The position numbers were made by a program, and so were the translations under genes. Shown one piece after another: positions 61,027 through 64,000 of a stretch of DNA of 64,000 nucleotides. The notes beneath the pieces are model-generated. The model saw only the letters and a list, made by a program, of their open reading frames with translations. It was not told the origin of the DNA and did not search any database. The DNA comes from Antedon mediterranea (taxonomy: Eukaryota > Animalia > Echinodermata). Numbering within the stretch: position 1 is the first letter of the stretch; every line of letters starts with the position of its first letter. Location: NCBI RefSeq assembly GCF_964355755.1, contig NC_092674.1, positions 7,192,001 through 7,256,000 on the forward strand, written 5' to 3'.

Positions 61027-63476
61027 TTAGCAGACCATTCCAGGGATAGCTGGATCCACCCCTAGAATGAAGTTGCCCACCGTTTCTCTTTGGTTTACAG
61101 GTGTTGTAGGAGGTTGTAAGACTACATGGCGGGTCTCATAAATAATATCTTCAGTACATATATCATCAAAGTCAGCCTAAATATAATAAGTTATATACAA
61201 AACTGTAAATAAGCAATCTTTTTTTTACCATTGTCATAATATTCCATCTATAAGTTTTATATCACTGCAGTAGGTTTAAAAAATAACTTACTATATATTT
61301 TGTTATATTGTTATTTTTAAATCCTAGTTTTCGTTTTAGTACATCAAAGATACTAGCTTTAGGAAATGTAATCTCCTTCTCTTCTTCAAACTTAGCCCAT
61401 ACACCACATGCGCTGATAGCTAGTCCATCATCGGTGGAAGATGATTGTTCATCCAACTCTTGTTTAGAATCTGAATAGCATAGATAATTGAATATTTAGT
61501 CGTAATTCATGTCATTTGCATTAATATTGCTTATTTACTTGAAAATCATAATAATAATTGATTGATATGAAAGTTATTATATACCTTTTCTATCATTTTT
61601 CTTCTCTTTCTTTTGTTTCTTATTGTCTTTCTTTCTACTATTTTCCTCCATTTTCTTCTCCTTCTTTTCCTTCTTCTTTCCTTCCTTCTTTTCTTTTTCT
61701 TCCTTCTTCTTGTCCTTCCTATTCTCTTTTTTGGTCTTTCCCGTCTTCACCTTCTTATCTTCCTTGTCTGCTTCTTCCTCATCTTCATCATCAAATCTTT
61801 GGATTGGTGTCACATTAATGATATTGCTTGCTGCTTCAGACTTTAATAAGTAAAACAAAGCAGTACTGTTTATCTTCTTTTATTAATTTAGTTAAGTCTA
61901 CAATAAATGAATACGCCAGAGTATTATTAATAGTAATTACCGTGTCCTTTTGTCTTTTTTCCTCTTTCTTCTTTTCTTTCTTCACCTCTTTCTTTTTTTC
62001 TTTCTTTTCGTTCTTCTCTTCATCTTTTATTTCTTTCTGTTCTTTCTTCCTTTCTTTTTCTTCCTTCTTCTTTTCTTTCTTCCCTTTTTTGTTCTTTCCC
62101 TTCTTTACCTTCTCATCTTTCTTGTCTGCCTCTTCCTCATCTTCATCATCAAATCTTTGGAGTGGTGTCACATTAATGATATTGCTTGCTGCTTCAGGCT
62201 TTAGGTAAAACAAAATTGTCATTTTCATCTGTATAAATTAATGTTAAGTAGATAAACAAGCCAGAGTATTATTGATAGTAATTACCATGTCCTTTTTCTT
62301 TTCATTCTTTTCGTTCTTATCATCTTTCTTCTTTTCTCTCTTTTCCTTCTTCTTCTGTTTCTTTCTTTCCTTTTTTTTCTGATTCTTTTCTTTTATCTCC
62401 TCTTTTTTGTTCTTTCCCTTTGTCACCTTCTCCTCGTCTTCTTTGTCTTCCTCCACTTCCTCCTCCTCATCAAATCTTTGGATTGGTATCACATTAATTA
62501 TATGGCCTGCCACTTCAGACTTTTAAGTAAAACAAAATGGTATTTTCATCTGTAATTAAATTAATATAAAATAAATGAATAAGTAAGAGTATTGTTAATA
62601 TAATTACCGTAGTATTGTTTTCTTCCTCTTCTTTCTTTTTTTGTTTCTTTTCCTTTTTCTCCTCATCTTTCTTTTCCTTCTTCTTCCCCTCTTTCTTTTC
62701 CTTCTTCTCCCCCTCTTTCTTTTCATTCTTCTCCATTTTGTTCTTTTTCTTCTTCTCTTCCTTTTCCTGCTTCTTCTTCTTTTTATCCTCCTTATTATCA
62801 ACTCCTTTCATTAGGTGTGCATTATTCAGTGTACTCTTCGTGTCAATGCTAGTGAGAGCACTAGACTATAATGTAAAGAAAATAGAAAGGTATTCATAAT
62901 ACTTACCAGGCATGGTAAATGTTTTAAAAGGACAGGCAGTTGTTACCTCTAATTATTATTAGTCATACCTTTTGAGCAAATCCATCGTAGAAAGCTTTAA
63001 GCCTTTCTTCAGCTTCACCTGCAGTTGCCAAAGTCAATTCTTGGTCGTAACCATGATCAATAGCTACAGCAGAAGAGTTCGTAGCAGCTGCAGCGTTATA
63101 AGCAGATGTAGCTGCAGCAGCAGCGTTGGTAGCAAATACATCTACAGTATCGGTGGCAGATGCAGCGGCAACTGGTATAACCTATAACACGAACTTGTAT
63201 TACTGATCATTTAATCAAATTTAATTAAATTCATATTAGTAAATGCATAAAACCATGAATGATGTAATGTAATATAATGAAAAAAAATGTCAATAAAATC
63301 AAATCATGAATGACGTCAGTAGTCAATCACCTACCACATAAAACATCAAAAACAATTCTATCTATTTGGTGAATCAATTATTGATAAATCCATGAATTAA
63401 TAATCTAATAATAATCTATAAACTATAACGTTCAATAAGTCAATAAATATTTTTATGAAACACTTACAGCTTTCAT
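61027..63476 (-). CDS. Uncharacterised Ala-rich / Lys-Glu-rich repetitive protein, 8 exons, about 518 aa
   Basis: Exons 63468-63476 (MKA), 62969-63181, 62608-62865, 62286-62519, 61941-62198, 61585-61840, 61292-61470, 61027-61176 join in one frame at GT-AG sites and end ...GVDPAIPGMVC*. First exon less certain. Confidence 0.72.
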
Positions 63477-63751
63477 GATTGAAATAATATATTTATTTAT
63501 CAATAATAATCAATACTATTATTAGGTAATTTTGATTATTTCAGTTGTTTTGTTTGTTTCACTAATTTAGTATATTAATTCATTATTATTTATTAATTAC
63601 TATTTTAATTATTCAGTTCATTTACTCAATAAGACCAATTATTAGTATAATAATAATTATTATCTTAAATATTAAAATTAAATATTGAATGAATTGATCC
63701 AAATTATTAGTTAATAAATAATACTTAAATTCAATTCAATACAAACTGTCA

Positions 63752-63876
63752 TTTTTAGTCGCGTGGACGCGACTCTATAGTTCACTATATCGGTCGGTCT
63801 GTCCGTCTGTCGGTCTGTCTGTCGGTCCGGTATCACTATGCGTTTTAGCACGCGACTTATGGCTGTTGGCCTTGTT
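63752..63876 (+). mobile_element. DINE-1/HINE-like Helentron-associated mini element
   Basis: TTTTTAGTCGCGT..ACGCGACT inverted repeat, (GTCT/GTCG)n microsatellite, second ACGCGACT, GGC..GCC then TTGTT. Confidence 0.75.
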
Positions 63877-64000
63877 GATTATGATAACATAAAAATAAAA
63901 AAACAAAACATTCACAAAATAGTTTTGTTAGTAGTGTTAGTCAAAACAAAACTCCATAGAATTAATTATGAATATATTATTGCAATTATTAATGAGAACA

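Noticed and set aside
61558-62899. Plus-strand Phe/Ser/Leu-rich ORFs
   Set aside because: Antisense shadows of the Lys/Glu-rich exons.
62907-62950. Minus-strand GTAAGT donor at 62906 as an extra exon of the orphan gene
   Set aside because: Would need introns of about 20 and 41 nt and has a stop in the required frame; the 62968 donor gives a clean 103-nt intron.

Overview
AT-rich, intron-containing metazoan genomic DNA (invertebrate; a Deu/Nin-domain-like SINE and the ELF structure would fit a deuterostome such as an echinoderm, but the taxon is inference). No prokaryotic operons, CRISPR arrays or rRNA. Four protein-coding genes were assembled by hand from GT-AG exons with consistent phases. 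(1) An ELF1/2/4-E74 class ETS transcription factor (+, 23751-41855) with a second, alternative first coding exon at 30452. (2) Nocturnin (-, 46483-48245). (3) An SLC46/PCFT-family MFS transporter (+, 54443-57301). (4) An unrecognised Ala-rich plus Lys/Glu-rich protein built from tandemly duplicated exons (-, 61027-63476). The rest is introns and intergenic DNA packed with non-autonomous DNA transposons (Tc1/mariner-pogo, PIF/Harbinger, MULE-like, Kolobok-like, Helentron-like), tRNA-derived SINEs and minisatellites. Most ORFs in the supplied track are non-coding. The best leads are the ELF internal promoter with a NERF-1-like exon and clustered ELF sites, tandemly duplicated ELF splice acceptors that would give truncated products, tiny P-element-like excision footprints, strongly enriched TA-x-TA motifs, nocturnin N-terminal variants, and the orphan charged-repeat gene.
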